A stretch of 64,000 nt of DNA from Synechococcus sp. (GCA_047285805.1 JBJBCN010000002.1:1184001-1248000), one strand, 5' to 3'. Counted from the first letter of the stretch, positions 11,456-22,053 are shown. The notes: a model not told the origin generated them from the letters alone. Made by a program: numbers and translations.

Positions 11456-12156
11456 TGGCCGTAGCGGTCGTTGCCGAACTGGAGCACATCCGCAAGACCT
11501 ACGGCAGCGGAGACACAACGGTTGTCGCCCTCGATGATCTGACCATGAGCGTGCGTCGCGGCGAGTACCTCGCTGTGATGGGCACCTCAGGGTCAGGCAA
11601 GAGCACAGCCATGAACATCCTGGGCTGCCTCGATCGCCCCAGCAGTGGCAGCTATCGCCTCAACGGCACCGCCGTCGAGCAGCTCACGGACGATCAGCTC
11701 GCCGATCTTCGCAACCGAGAACTGGGATTCATCTTTCAGCAGTTTCATCTCCTTCAGGAACTCTCCGCCCTGGAGAACGTGATGCTTCCGATGGTCTACG
11801 CCGGGGTTCCCGCCGAGGAGCGCGAGGAACGCGGCATCCGCTCGCTCCAGCGCATCGGCCTCGGTGAAAGGCTCCACAACAAGCCCAACCAACTCTCTGG
11901 CGGTCAGCAACAGCGGGTCGCCTTGGCCCGGGCGATCATTAACCAACCCAACCTGCTGCTGGCGGACGAACCCACGGGTGCCCTCGATTCCCGCACCACC
12001 GCCGAGGTTTTGGACCTCTTTGATGAGCTGCACCGGCAGCAGGGCATGACGATCGTGCTGGTCACCCATGAACAAGATGTGGCGGCACGGGCCCAACGGG
12101 TGGTTCATTTCCACGACGGTCGCCTTGTGAGCACCGGGGCTGGCTCCCAGGTTTAG
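11455..12156 (+). CDS. ABC transporter ATP-binding protein (LolD/MacB-like)
   Basis: GTSGSGKST, LSGGQQQRVA, LADEPTGALD. Confidence 0.95.
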   Translation: MAVAVVAELEHIRKTYGSGDTTVVALDDLTMSVRRGEYLAVMGTSGSGKSTAMNILGCLDRPSSGSYRLNGTAVEQLTDDQLADLRNRELGFIFQQFHLLQELSALENVMLPMVYAGVPAEEREERGIRSLQRIGLGERLHNKPNQLSGGQQQRVALARAIINQPNLLLADEPTGALDSRTTAEVLDLFDELHRQQGMTIVLVTHEQDVAARAQRVVHFHDGRLVSTGAGSQV

Positions 12157-13109
12157 CTGCCAGGCCGCTCCAGGCTGTTGATCAGCTGCCCCATTAGGAG
12201 AGCCACTGCATCGGTTCCGCGCAGGGCAGAGCCCGGGTCAAACTCACCCGGATCCACCGCGACCCAGCCCCAGGAGACCGGCTGCCGCAGCTCGAAATGG
12301 AGATGGGGACCCGTGCTCAAGCCCGTACTGCCCACACGGCCGAGCACCTCCCCCTGCAGCACGCGATCACCGGCGCGGACATACAGCTCAGACAGGTGGC
12401 CATAGAGGCTGCGGCGCCGCGGCCGCTGGTGTTCCACCTCCACCGCCAAGCCATAGCCACCGGCCAAGCCGCTGCTGACCACCCGACCCGCCAAAGCCGC
12501 CACCACCGGGGTACCTTCTGGGGCGGCCAGGTCATGGCCGGCATGGAGACGCCAGCCCCCCAACAGAGGATGCAACCGCCAACCAAAACCACTCGTTTTG
12601 AAGGCGGAGCCGATGATCGGCAGCAACAAACGCCGGTCGCCATTCCCCGCCACAGGCGCCGGCCTGGGGGTCACGCGAAACACCTTCGCCATGTCAAAAC
12701 GGCCACCCAAAAGGGCCGAGACCGGAACCGAGAGGGGCGGACGCCGTGCCCCCTCACGGCGCAGCCCCCAGCGAAGGGCGATGCCACCGCGGCATTCCCG
12801 CGCCGAGAGGGCGCCGGTGCGGCAGGCCTTCTGAAAGGCCCCCTCATCCAAGGGCTGCAGCGCGGCTCCGCCCCCCCGCAGGGCCCGCCGCTCCGATGGG
12901 GTCACGATGCCCTGCCGCACCAGGGCATCGAGAGACTGGTCAAACCGCTGCGGGGGCGGAACCGCCTGAAGCTGCTCCAGGGACGGCAGCAGAGGGGCCT
13001 CGGGCGCCGGTAGCGGAGGGGGGGCAAGCGGCTCAGAAACCACCGGTGCCGCCAGGAGCAACGGCGTAAGGAGAAGCCAACGAAGCCGTAGGGAGCGAAT
13101 CACAGCCAC
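12153..13109 (-). CDS. M23 family metallopeptidase
   Basis: HAGHD, YGHL, TGLSTGPHLHFE. Confidence 0.9.
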   Translation of the reverse strand: MAVIRSLRLRWLLLTPLLLAAPVVSEPLAPPPLPAPEAPLLPSLEQLQAVPPPQRFDQSLDALVRQGIVTPSERRALRGGGAALQPLDEGAFQKACRTGALSARECRGGIALRWGLRREGARRPPLSVPVSALLGGRFDMAKVFRVTPRPAPVAGNGDRRLLLPIIGSAFKTSGFGWRLHPLLGGWRLHAGHDLAAPEGTPVVAALAGRVVSSGLAGGYGLAVEVEHQRPRRRSLYGHLSELYVRAGDRVLQGEVLGRVGSTGLSTGPHLHFELRQPVSWGWVAVDPGEFDPGSALRGTDAVALLMGQLINSLERPGS

Positions 13110-13110
13110 C

Positions 13111-13139
13111 GCAGCAGCAGAAGCAGAAGCAGAAGCAGA
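13111..13139. repeat. Short tandem repeat GCAGCA(GCAGAA)3GCAGA
   Basis: Directly visible between birA stop and M23 peptidase start. Confidence 0.8.
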
Positions 13140-13156
13140 GCCAACTCTAGGGAGCG

Positions 13157-13903
13157 CTAAAAACGCCGCCGCAACACCTTCGAGCCAGAAGCATTTTTAA
13201 GCTGCAATCCCCCATCGAGGCTGAGGCCCGTGATGCTCCAGCGCTGGCCGTCATGGTCCAACGGGCCGGATTTCCACAGACGCTGCTGGGCCTGACGCCG
13301 CACCAACTCCGGCTGCTCCGCCGCAGCGGCAGCCCATTCGAGGGCACGCAAGACGCGAGCACCTAACGCCGCAGGGCTCTGGCGAACCAGCAGCTGCTGC
13401 AGGCTCACTGCCCCCGCCGGCACGGGATTGGAGCCGTTCAGGCCAAGGCCCACCCGGGCATAGCGGACGCGGCCAGCCCGCCAGGCCAGGCGCGGTAGGA
13501 AACCACAGAGCTTCAAGCCCGACACAAGCAGGTCATTTGGCCATTTGATCGCAGGTTCCAAGCCCAGATTCTCTAACTGCAGGACCAGCCCGACCGCGAC
13601 CGCCAGGGCCAGGGAGGCAGAGCGGTCGGGGTCCTGGGGCCAGGGCAAGGCGGCACTCAACCAGAGGCCTCCGGCCGGAGAGGACCAAAGGCGGCCCTGC
13701 TGGCCATGGCCAAATCCCTGGCGGTGGGCCACGACCACCCGCGCCGCGGCCCCAATCGGCTCACGCAGAAGCCAACGGTCGAGTTCCAGCTCCGTACTGG
13801 CGCAGATGGATCGCACCTGAATGCGCCAGGGCAGGGGATAGTCCGCGGGGGCTTGGCGCAACTGACGCGCCAGGGTCCCGGCGCTTAAAGGCTGTTCAGC
13901 CAT
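13157..13903 (-). CDS. birA: Biotin-[acetyl-CoA-carboxylase] ligase
   Basis: CASTE, QGFGHGQQGRLW, IKWPNDL, GLGLN. Confidence 0.9.
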   Translation of the reverse strand: MAEQPLSAGTLARQLRQAPADYPLPWRIQVRSICASTELELDRWLLREPIGAAARVVVAHRQGFGHGQQGRLWSSPAGGLWLSAALPWPQDPDRSASLALAVAVGLVLQLENLGLEPAIKWPNDLLVSGLKLCGFLPRLAWRAGRVRYARVGLGLNGSNPVPAGAVSLQQLLVRQSPAALGARVLRALEWAAAAAEQPELVRRQAQQRLWKSGPLDHDGQRWSITGLSLDGGLQLKNASGSKVLRRRF

Positions 13904-15093
13904 GCCCCCGTACGCGCGGCCCCAGCCTCCAAGGCCGCCGTGTCATGGACGAGCGCCAGGCGGGCGAATCCTTCTCCCCCCCTACCAAAACCATTGCCCG
14001 GGGTTAAACACACCCCCGTGGCGTCCAACAGCTGGGCACAGAACTGCTCGGAATCCCAGCCGCGCTGGCGTGCATGCTCAGGCAAGCTAAGCCAGAGGTA
14101 GAGCGCCATCGAGGGGCGCTGGACTGGCCAACCGGCCGCCTTCAAGGCCGCCATCATCCGGTCCCGGCGCTCCCGATAGATGGGTTTGAGCCGCTCGGGC
14201 CAGTCCGGCGCCTGCTCGAGGGCTGCAAGCCCCCCCGCCTGCAGGGCCAAGGACTGGTTGAAATCCACCACACCCTTGAGTTGGCGCAGGGCCTGGATCA
14301 ACGGGGGCGCGCCAATCGCGAAGGCCATCCGGAAGCCCCCCAAACACCAACCCTTCGAGAAGGAGAAGAACTCAATGCCGCACTGACGCCAATTGGGGGA
14401 GCGCAGCAGGGACGGGGCCTCCCCCTCCAGCGCCAGGTCGACATATGGGTTGTCGTGGGCCAAGACCAAGCCATGGCTCACCGCCCGCGCCGCGGCTTCA
14501 TCGACCCAGGCCTGCTCTCCGGTCGTGGCCGTTGGGTTGTGGGGGAAGCCCAGCACCATCAACTTCAGCGCGTCCCACTCGGCCGAACTGAGCTGATCAA
14601 AGTTAGGGACAAAGCCATTCGCTGGATCCAACCGCAGAAAACGCGGCTGGGCCGAAGCCAACCGCAGACCCCCGAGGTGGGAGGGATAGAAGGGGTCGAG
14701 CAACAGCGCGGAATCCCCAGGATTCAGAACCGCCAAGGGCAGATGGGCCGTTCCCTCCTGGGAACCCACCAGAAACAGCACCTCGGTGGCTGGATTTACC
14801 GCCACGCCAAACCGGCGCTGGGCCCAAGCAGCGACCGCCTCCCTCAATGGTGCCGTGGCGCCATGGAGGCAATAGGAGGCGCTTGCGGGATCCCCCAAAC
14901 GCTCTCGGATTGCCTCAATCGCCACCGGCGGGGGTTGAAGATCTGTCGACCCCAACGAGAGATCGAGCAGAGGGGTCAGTCCGGCCGCAGGCCGGGCCCT
15001 GTAGGCCACCTTGCGTTGGTCATTGCGGGAAAAAACGCCGCTGCCTAAGCCACGAACCCGTTCAGAAATCGAGAACGGTTCAGAGCTGAGCAT
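13885..15093 (-). CDS. Class I/II PLP aminotransferase (LL-DAP aminotransferase-like)
   Basis: GSQEG, GFPHNPT, HDNPY, SFSKGWCLGGFR, TPGNGFG. Confidence 0.9.
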   Translation of the reverse strand: MLSSEPFSISERVRGLGSGVFSRNDQRKVAYRARPAAGLTPLLDLSLGSTDLQPPPVAIEAIRERLGDPASASYCLHGATAPLREAVAAWAQRRFGVAVNPATEVLFLVGSQEGTAHLPLAVLNPGDSALLLDPFYPSHLGGLRLASAQPRFLRLDPANGFVPNFDQLSSAEWDALKLMVLGFPHNPTATTGEQAWVDEAAARAVSHGLVLAHDNPYVDLALEGEAPSLLRSPNWRQCGIEFFSFSKGWCLGGFRMAFAIGAPPLIQALRQLKGVVDFNQSLALQAGGLAALEQAPDWPERLKPIYRERRDRMMAALKAAGWPVQRPSMALYLWLSLPEHARQRGWDSEQFCAQLLDATGVCLTPGNGFGRGGEGFARLALVHDTAALEAGAARTGAWLNSL

Positions 15094-15412
15094 CCAAGAA
15101 AGCCTGGAGCTGGGGCTTGGCCATCGCACCTTCATGGCGGGCGATCTCTTGGCCGTCCTTGAAGAGCACCAAGGCGGGCAGACCCTGAACTTGCATAAGA
15201 TCTCGGCTCGAGGGGTTTGGGTCCGCCTCCAACTTGCCCACGGTCAGACGACCGGCGTAGGCCTCAGCAGCCCAATCCATCATCGGGGCCATCAGACGGC
15301 AGGGACCGCACCAGGTGGCCCAAACGTCAACCAGGACTGGGGTCGAGCACTCCAACACCTCGACCTGGAAGTTGGCATCGGTGAGCTGAAGAACGGACAC
15401 AGCAGCAGTCAT
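15080..15412 (-). CDS. Thioredoxin
   Basis: WATWCGPC. Confidence 0.93.
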   Translation of the reverse strand: MTAAVSVLQLTDANFQVEVLECSTPVLVDVWATWCGPCRLMAPMMDWAAEAYAGRLTVGKLEADPNPSSRDLMQVQGLPALVLFKDGQEIARHEGAMAKPQLQAFLDAQL

Positions 15413-15436
15413 GGGTCAGGCGATTGTATGGAGGGC

Positions 15437-16204
15437 TCAGAGCTTGTCGATTGAACGCCTGAGCTGTTCAAGCTCCGTATCAACCTCGCTCACCTTGACG
15501 GGCTGAACCTCTTCCCCACCGGCGGGCAGGGAGGGCGCTGTCGCAGACCCCGACAGCTTGCCCTTGAGAGCTTCGAGCTCGGAATCCACTTCGGGTGCCT
15601 CTTCCAGGGCAGCAAACTGACTTTCCAGATCAGCCCCAGCCAGTTCAGCGGCGGCCTGACTACGGGCCTCGAGGGCTTGCACCTTCTCCTCCATCTGCTC
15701 GAAGGCAGCCATGGACGAATTCGTGCCGAGACTGCCCACGGCACTCTGCAGTTGCTCCTGGGCTTGGGCGGCTTGGGCCCGCGCTTTGAGCATGTCCTTT
15801 TTGGTCTTGGCTTCGGCGATCTTGCTCTCGAGCTGCACCAAGCTCTTTTTGAGCTGATCCACCTGGCCGCATTGGCTTTGCAACTGCCCCTGCAGGGCGG
15901 TCGCCGTGTCCTGGCAGGTCTTGCGGCGCCCGAGGGCTTCACGGGCCAGGTCCTCTTCCCCTTTCTTCAGCGCCAACTCGGCTCGTTCGTACCAGGTCTT
16001 GGCCTGGGCATCGGCCTGATCGGCCTGGTTCTGAATGCGCTTTTGGCTGGCGATGGCCGTGGCGACCGCCTGGCGCAGTTTGACGAGATCGGACTGCATA
16101 TCCGCGACCGACTGGTCGAGGATCTTCACTGGATCTTCAGCCGCACTCAGGGCTGCGTTGGCGTTGGCACGAACCAGCCGGCCGAGGCGATCAAAAAAGC
16201 CCAT
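15437..16204 (-). CDS. vipp1: PspA/IM30 (Vipp1)
   Basis: MGFFDRLGRLVRAN..EDPVKILDQ, coiled coil. Confidence 0.93.
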   Translation of the reverse strand: MGFFDRLGRLVRANANAALSAAEDPVKILDQSVADMQSDLVKLRQAVATAIASQKRIQNQADQADAQAKTWYERAELALKKGEEDLAREALGRRKTCQDTATALQGQLQSQCGQVDQLKKSLVQLESKIAEAKTKKDMLKARAQAAQAQEQLQSAVGSLGTNSSMAAFEQMEEKVQALEARSQAAAELAGADLESQFAALEEAPEVDSELEALKGKLSGSATAPSLPAGGEEVQPVKVSEVDTELEQLRRSIDKL

Positions 16205-16280
16205 GGAGCGAGCAGAGCTGTGGCCGAGACTAACCAGAGTGAGCTGCCCTGCACAGCGCTACTTCCACTAGGGTCCATCC

Positions 16281-16850
16281 ATGGGCATCGCCCCCCGCAA
16301 CCAGACGCGCCGCCAAGGGGACGTCAACCTCTTAGTGACGCCGCCCCGGCCACCGATTCAAGGTCTAGGCGAATCCCTTAACGGCCTGCAGCGGGAGTGG
16401 AAAGACGAAGGCAGCCTGGCGGGGCTCTGGCATGCCTGGCCGCGCATTGCCGGCCCACAACTCGCGCCCCACTGCCGCCCCTTGCGGCTCCACGGCGGAC
16501 GGCTCGTCGTGGGGGCCAGTCACCCCCAATGGCTCCAGGCCCTGCGCTTCAACAAGCACCAGCTACTCGGCGCCCTGCGCGGGGCGGGCTTTGCCGTGAA
16601 GGATCTGCAGTTCCAGCAACACCAAAGCACCCCCTTACCCCTGGCCGGCAGCGGCCTGGAAGAGCAGGTCTGGGCTCAGCACCCCAGCCGCGTGGATGTC
16701 TTCGGCATGGGGTCCTGCCCCCAGTGCAAGCGCCCCTCACCGCTCGGGGAACTCCAGCGTTGGGGGCACTGCAGCTTTTGCCAGCGGGACAAGATGGACA
16801 ACGGCGTCGCGATGGGGACGCCGAGCCTGGAGTCCGAGTCGGATCAGTAG
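16281..16850 (+). CDS. DUF721/DciA-like protein with Zn ribbon
   Basis: WPRIAG..LAPHCRP, QWLQAL, CPQC...CSFC. Confidence 0.8.
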   Translation: MGIAPRNQTRRQGDVNLLVTPPRPPIQGLGESLNGLQREWKDEGSLAGLWHAWPRIAGPQLAPHCRPLRLHGGRLVVGASHPQWLQALRFNKHQLLGALRGAGFAVKDLQFQQHQSTPLPLAGSGLEEQVWAQHPSRVDVFGMGSCPQCKRPSPLGELQRWGHCSFCQRDKMDNGVAMGTPSLESESDQ

Positions 16851-18655
16851 CGCTCGGGCCGGGGCTCCTGCCAATCCGTAGTCAGACCGGCCCGGTTACC
16901 GAGGGATTGTGACCACTGGGCCAGATCGGGTCGAGGGACCCGCCAAAGCTCGTAGAGGCCAACGGTGCCCAGGCGCTGGTGGGGAACCCCGCGCCAATGG
17001 GGCAGTGCGGCGGTGTTGCCATCGATGACCACCAGAACACTGGACCCCGGGGTAGCCGGCGTCGGGACCTGTCCGCGACGCGCCTCATTAGCCAGCCGGT
17101 CCGTGAGATTCAACGGACCATTGGGCTGAACCCCCTCGTAGACCACAACTTGCTGTGTGTAGTAGTGCAGCGAAGGCTTGAGGATGCCCACCATCGCCAG
17201 TGGTTCATGAGGCCGCTGCTGCTCGAGCACCAGGGCCGCCATGCGGCGCACAGGGAGCTGTCTCAAACGATCCCCTAACTCCACCATCGGCACCAGGGCC
17301 GTCAGAACGAATGCCCCCATGCCCAACTGCTGCACCAGCAGCCAGCCCCGGCGCGTACTGGCGGGTCCCCACCAGAGCAGCAGCGCCGCCAACCCGCCAA
17401 GGCCGAAGCAGAGGGAAGCCCGCTGAACGGCTCCACTGGCCAACAGCGACGCGGAGAGGGTGGGCATCTCCGGTTCATTGATCAGGGGAACCCAGAGCTG
17501 TCCAGCCGCCAGGCCCGCGGTTAGTACAGCAACCAGGGCCAAGGTCGTTCCCCGCAGGGTCTCTGCACGCCAGCCCGAGCGCAGCTGTTGCGCGGCCAGG
17601 GCAATCAAGAGGCCGGCGGCGGGCGTCGCGGGGATCCAGTAGCTCGGAAGTTTGGTGGCCGCCGCCGTGAAGAAGACAAAGACAGCCAGCAGCCAAGAGG
17701 CCGCGAAGCGTTGGAGGGACTGCTCGGGCGCCACCGGCCGTGGCCGCAGGGCCCCGACCAGGCCCGCCAGCAGCAACGGGGTGAAGGGCAGCGACGCAAC
17801 CACCAAAACCGGCAGGAAAAACCACCAGGGCTGTAGGTGGTTGTTCACCACGCCTGTGAACCGCTGCAGGTTGTGATACCCAAAAAAGCTGTCCCAGTAG
17901 GGCTGGCCTTCCACCAGTAGCTCTATGGCGTACCAAGGCAACGCCACCGCCGCGGTCAGGGCCAAGCCGCGCCAGGGTCGCCAGAGGGCCCAAAGACCAG
18001 GAAAATCCCTTTGCAGCAGGGAGAACAGCAACGCCGTCAGGCCGGCTAGCACCACCGCGACGGGCCCCTTCGCGAGCACGGCCAGACCGAGCACGAGCCA
18101 CGGGAGCCACCAGCGGCAGAGCACGGCATAGCGCCACCAGAACAGCAGCAGCGCAGCCGACAACAAGCCACTGAAGAGAGCATCGCTGACGGAGATGCGG
18201 CTCCAGATCAGCACCAATGGGGAGAGCGCAAAGGCCAAGGCCGCCGTCACGGCCGTGATCACCTGTTGCGGGGGATCGGGCAACTGGCCTTGGGGTGAGG
18301 ACTGGGGCCGGCGCAGCAAGGTCCAGGCCAGCAGCAGCATCAGGCCGATGGAACTCAGAGCGGATGGCAGGCGAGAGGCCCAGGTGCCGAGGGGGTTCCA
18401 CAGGCTCTGGCCCGGCAGGGCGTAGCCCAATCCCATCAGCCAATAGACGAGAGGGGGTTTGTCGTAGCGGGGCAAACCGTTGACCCGGGGGGTCAGCCAA
18501 TCCCCGGTGTCCACCATCGCCTTGGCGGAGGCAGCAAACAAGGGCGGCGTCTCATCCACCAAGCCGGTCAGGCCTAGCCTCCAGACGAACAGCAACAGGC
18601 CGAAGACCCCGACCAGCAGGAGCACCAACCAGGGCTTGCCGTTCCGGGGCACCAC
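16844..18655 (-). CDS. ArnT/PMT-like (GT39/83) membrane glycosyltransferase
   Basis: VDETPPLF, GDWLTP..NG..RYDKPPLVYW, LAKGPV, TKLPSY. Confidence 0.88.
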   Translation of the reverse strand: MVPRNGKPWLVLLLVGVFGLLLFVWRLGLTGLVDETPPLFAASAKAMVDTGDWLTPRVNGLPRYDKPPLVYWLMGLGYALPGQSLWNPLGTWASRLPSALSSIGLMLLLAWTLLRRPQSSPQGQLPDPPQQVITAVTAALAFALSPLVLIWSRISVSDALFSGLLSAALLLFWWRYAVLCRWWLPWLVLGLAVLAKGPVAVVLAGLTALLFSLLQRDFPGLWALWRPWRGLALTAAVALPWYAIELLVEGQPYWDSFFGYHNLQRFTGVVNNHLQPWWFFLPVLVVASLPFTPLLLAGLVGALRPRPVAPEQSLQRFAASWLLAVFVFFTAAATKLPSYWIPATPAAGLLIALAAQQLRSGWRAETLRGTTLALVAVLTAGLAAGQLWVPLINEPEMPTLSASLLASGAVQRASLCFGLGGLAALLLWWGPASTRRGWLLVQQLGMGAFVLTALVPMVELGDRLRQLPVRRMAALVLEQQRPHEPLAMVGILKPSLHYYTQQVVVYEGVQPNGPLNLTDRLANEARRGQVPTPATPGSSVLVVIDGNTAALPHWRGVPHQRLGTVGLYELWRVPRPDLAQWSQSLGNRAGLTTDWQEPRPERY

Positions 18656-18678
18656 AGCGGATCGCAAGGGGCCTGACC

Positions 18679-19767
18679 CTATCGCTCTTTCCTGATCAAG
18701 CCGGCTTGTAGCCACTGCTCGAGCCGCTCCGCCAAGACAGCCTTCGACGCCTGCTCTTCGACCCACTGGCGGCACTGACGGCGATCGATCTGATCCACCC
18801 GTTCCAGGGCTTCGACCAAGGCGGACGGCTGATCCGGCTCTACCAGCCAACCGTTTAGACCCGGCTGAACCAATTCCCCGGGGCCGCCGCGGCGGTACGC
18901 CACCACTGGGACGCCACAGGCCATGGCCTCCACCACGACATTTCCGTAGGCCTCATTCCACTTCGGGGTATTGAGCAGGGCGCGGCAGCGGCGCAGCTGG
19001 GCCTGGAGCGCGGCGGTGGGCAGAAAGCCCCGCCAATCCAATGTTCCGGGCGCCACGGAGGCCTCGACCCGCTCTGCATAGCCGGGGTCCTCCACCAGCC
19101 CCCAAACCGCCAGGGTTTGACCGACTTGAGCCGCCGCCGCCGCCGCGTCCTCCAATCCTTTCTCAGGGGCCACCCGGCCCACCCAACCCAGGAGGGAATC
19201 GGGCTCGAGGCAGAGGCTGTAGTCCGCGAGATTAAAACCATTCCCCACCACCACAGGTGGCTGCGGCAGGTCGAAATCGGCTGCTTGGCTGGCGGTATGG
19301 AAGGCCAGACGCCGTTGATCCCAACGCGCCAGCTCTGCAATGGTCGCATCCATGACCTGGTTCACCGAGCCCATGCTCACTAGGTGAAAGACCGGCACCT
19401 CCACCAGAGGAGTCAGCCAAAACGGCAGCCAGTCGTAGCCGAGGTTCAGGACGACATCAATGGGCTCTTGCAGCGCCCGCTGCCAGAGCCTGGGCAGCAG
19501 GCCCTGGGCTGGCATCCAAACGTCAGAGTTCCGTGGTGCGTGCTGACAACTCTCTTGGGGGGCACCGGGTTCCAGCACCAGTGCGGCCCCCTGGCAACTG
19601 GGGGGCAAGCTCGACCCCTCAGCCGCGGCCACCGTCAGGCGATGGCCACGCTCCAGAAGCCCACTCACCACGCTCACCAGGGTGAGCTCAACTCCCCCAG
19701 CCTTGCCACTTCCCAAGGGCCCCAGGGCAGGGGCGACCACCAGGATGGAGAGCGCGCGAGCACTCAT
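18679..19767 (-). CDS. GT4 family glycosyltransferase
   Basis: GGVE, VGRVAPEKG, EAYGNVVVEAMACGVPVV. Confidence 0.9.
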   Translation of the reverse strand: MSARALSILVVAPALGPLGSGKAGGVELTLVSVVSGLLERGHRLTVAAAEGSSLPPSCQGAALVLEPGAPQESCQHAPRNSDVWMPAQGLLPRLWQRALQEPIDVVLNLGYDWLPFWLTPLVEVPVFHLVSMGSVNQVMDATIAELARWDQRRLAFHTASQAADFDLPQPPVVVGNGFNLADYSLCLEPDSLLGWVGRVAPEKGLEDAAAAAAQVGQTLAVWGLVEDPGYAERVEASVAPGTLDWRGFLPTAALQAQLRRCRALLNTPKWNEAYGNVVVEAMACGVPVVAYRRGGPGELVQPGLNGWLVEPDQPSALVEALERVDQIDRRQCRQWVEEQASKAVLAERLEQWLQAGLIRKER

Positions 19768-20720
19768 GGGGTGACCTCCTGCTCGAGCTGCCAGAGCTGG
19801 ATGCGTCGATTGATCAAGACCACGCTCAACAGCGCCAGGGCTGCCCCCAACCACTGCAAGGGGGTCAATGTCTCCTGGAGAAAGACCACCCCACAGAGCA
19901 ACGCAAAAACAGGCGTCAGAAACGTCAGGGCCGTGAAGCTGGTCAGCTCGGCGTGGTTGGCAAACCAGAAGAACAGCCCATAGGCCAGGGCACTGCCAAA
20001 GAGCGCCGCATAGACCATTAGCAACCAATCGAGGCCTGACCACTGTGGCCAGGGGCCAAGCGCTGCTGCATTCCAGAGCGGTTCCAGCGCCGCTCCCGCG
20101 AGCAGCGGCAAGGCCCCAAGCGCCAGGTGCCAACCGGTGACCGCCACGGGATCGCTGTGGCGACAGGCGTAGCGGCTCAACACCGTTCCCAAAGCCATGG
20201 CCAACGCCGCCGCCAACATCCAAAGCTCACCGTGGCTCCAGGCGACCTCCCCTAGAACTTCCGGCCCCATCAGCCACCACTGGCTCAGCAGGGGCTCAGG
20301 CAACCCCAAACAAAGGATGCCGAGCAAGCCCACGAGCAAGCCCACCCACCCCACAGGATTAATTGCCTCACCAAACAGGCTGCGGGCCAGCAGAGCCACC
20401 AGCAAGGGCTGGGAATCAATCAGGACCGAGCCCAGGCCAGCCCCCGTGCCACCCAGGCCGCGCGCAAGCAAGCCCTGAAAGGCCGTGGCATCCACGACGG
20501 CAAAGAGGGCAAACCACAGCCAATCGCGGCGATCGACCGCCAGGGAGCGGCCCAGCACCTGGGCCGCCAGCAGGACCACGAGCCCAGCCGGCAGCAACCG
20601 CATCCAGGCCAAGGTGAGCGGCCCAGCCCCATCGAGTAGGGGCCGCATCGCCGCCATCGCCGTTCCCCATAAGGCAAAGGGAAGCACCATGGCCAGCCAG
20701 CGCAGGTTCACCAGCTCCAA
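19764..20720 (-). CDS. DMT/EamA family transporter
   Basis: LWGTAM, RLLPAG, SQPLLVA, FLTPVFA; about 10 TM segments. Confidence 0.9.
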   Translation of the reverse strand: MELVNLRWLAMVLPFALWGTAMAAMRPLLDGAGPLTLAWMRLLPAGLVVLLAAQVLGRSLAVDRRDWLWFALFAVVDATAFQGLLARGLGGTGAGLGSVLIDSQPLLVALLARSLFGEAINPVGWVGLLVGLLGILCLGLPEPLLSQWWLMGPEVLGEVAWSHGELWMLAAALAMALGTVLSRYACRHSDPVAVTGWHLALGALPLLAGAALEPLWNAAALGPWPQWSGLDWLLMVYAALFGSALAYGLFFWFANHAELTSFTALTFLTPVFALLCGVVFLQETLTPLQWLGAALALLSVVLINRRIQLWQLEQEVTP

Positions 20721-20767
20721 CCGCCCACAGGCTCCTTTTTAAGATCCAGCCACTGCAGATCGACTCG

Positions 20768-21580
20768 ATGCCCTGGCCCTGGCGACGCAAGTCACGCCGC
20801 AAACTCGCGCGCATTGCCATTGAAGGGCCCATCGCCTCGGGCACGCGCAAACGGGTGCTGAAGGCCCTACGCGAGGTCGAAAAGCGGGAGTTCCCCGCTC
20901 TCTTGCTGCGCATCGACAGCCCCGGCGGAACCGTGGGGGACAGCCAGGAAATCCACGCGGCCTTGCTGCGGCTGCGTGAGAAAAACTGCAAGGTCATCGC
21001 CAGCTTCGGCAACATTTCCGCCTCCGGTGGCGTCTACATCGGTGTCGCCGCCGACAAGATCGTGTCTAACCCTGGCTCGATCACCGGCTCCATCGGTGTG
21101 ATCCTTCGGGGCAACAACCTTTCCCGGCTGCTGGAGCGCATCGGCATCCAGTTTGAGACGGTCAAGAGTGGTCTCTATAAGGACATCTTGTCCCCCGATC
21201 GCGCCCTCAGTACTGACGAGCGGAAGCTGCTGCAGGAACTGATCGACTCCAGCTACGGACAGTTCGTGGCGGCCGTTGCGGAAGGGCGAGGCCTCAGCGA
21301 GGAGTCCGTGCGTCGCTTTGCCGATGGTCGAGTCTTCAGCGGTGCCCAGGCCAAAGACTTGGGGCTGGTGGATGAACTCGGGGATGAGGAGCAGGCCAGG
21401 CGCTTGGCCTGTGAATTGGCTGAGTTGGATCTGGAGAGAACCAAACCGATCACCTTTGGCCAAGATAAGAACCGCTTTGCGGGCGTCATCCCTGGCCGTT
21501 CTCTGTTCTCCCTTGCCCTTCAGTGGCTCAAGCTGGAGCTCAGCACCAGCGGCCAACCCCTTTGGCTGCATCGTCCATGA
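20768..21580 (+). CDS. sppA: Signal peptide peptidase SppA
   Basis: RIDSPGGTV, SASGGVY, TGSIGV, KSGLYKD. Confidence 0.94.
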   Translation: MPWPWRRKSRRKLARIAIEGPIASGTRKRVLKALREVEKREFPALLLRIDSPGGTVGDSQEIHAALLRLREKNCKVIASFGNISASGGVYIGVAADKIVSNPGSITGSIGVILRGNNLSRLLERIGIQFETVKSGLYKDILSPDRALSTDERKLLQELIDSSYGQFVAAVAEGRGLSEESVRRFADGRVFSGAQAKDLGLVDELGDEEQARRLACELAELDLERTKPITFGQDKNRFAGVIPGRSLFSLALQWLKLELSTSGQPLWLHRP

Positions 21581-21948
21581 GCCCTGAGCAATCGCTCCGA
21601 GCCCTCCGGGGCGCCACCACGGCGACGGCGAACAGCCGCGAAGCCATCCAGGAGGCGGTGGAGGAGCTGCTGAATGCGCTGGTGGAACGCAACAACCTGA
21701 GCGGCGAGCAAATCCTTTCGCTGACCTTTTCAGTCACCATCGATCTGGACGCCTGCTTCCCGGCGGCCATCGCCCGGCAGCATCCAGGCTGGGACGGGGT
21801 AGCCCTGCTGGACTGCCAGCAAATGGCCGTCGCCGGCGACCTGAAACGCTGCATTCGTCTTCTCGCCCACGTCTGGCTCGAGCAACCAGCGCGCCACGCC
21901 TACCTCCGGGACGCCGCCAAGCTCAGGCCCGACCTGGCCCAGTCATAA
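21577..21948 (+). CDS. aroH: Chorismate mutase AroH
   Basis: ALRGATT, DLDACFPA, CIRLL, HAYLRDAAKLRPD. Confidence 0.94.
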   Translation: MSPEQSLRALRGATTATANSREAIQEAVEELLNALVERNNLSGEQILSLTFSVTIDLDACFPAAIARQHPGWDGVALLDCQQMAVAGDLKRCIRLLAHVWLEQPARHAYLRDAAKLRPDLAQS

Positions 21949-22053
21949 ACAGTTGCATCTGGTCACAACTGCCAGATGCTTGGCCGCCCACCGAGGTCGG
22001 CCCAAGTCCCCACCCCCCTGAGAATGGACCCAACGGTCCACGTTTGAGGCGCA

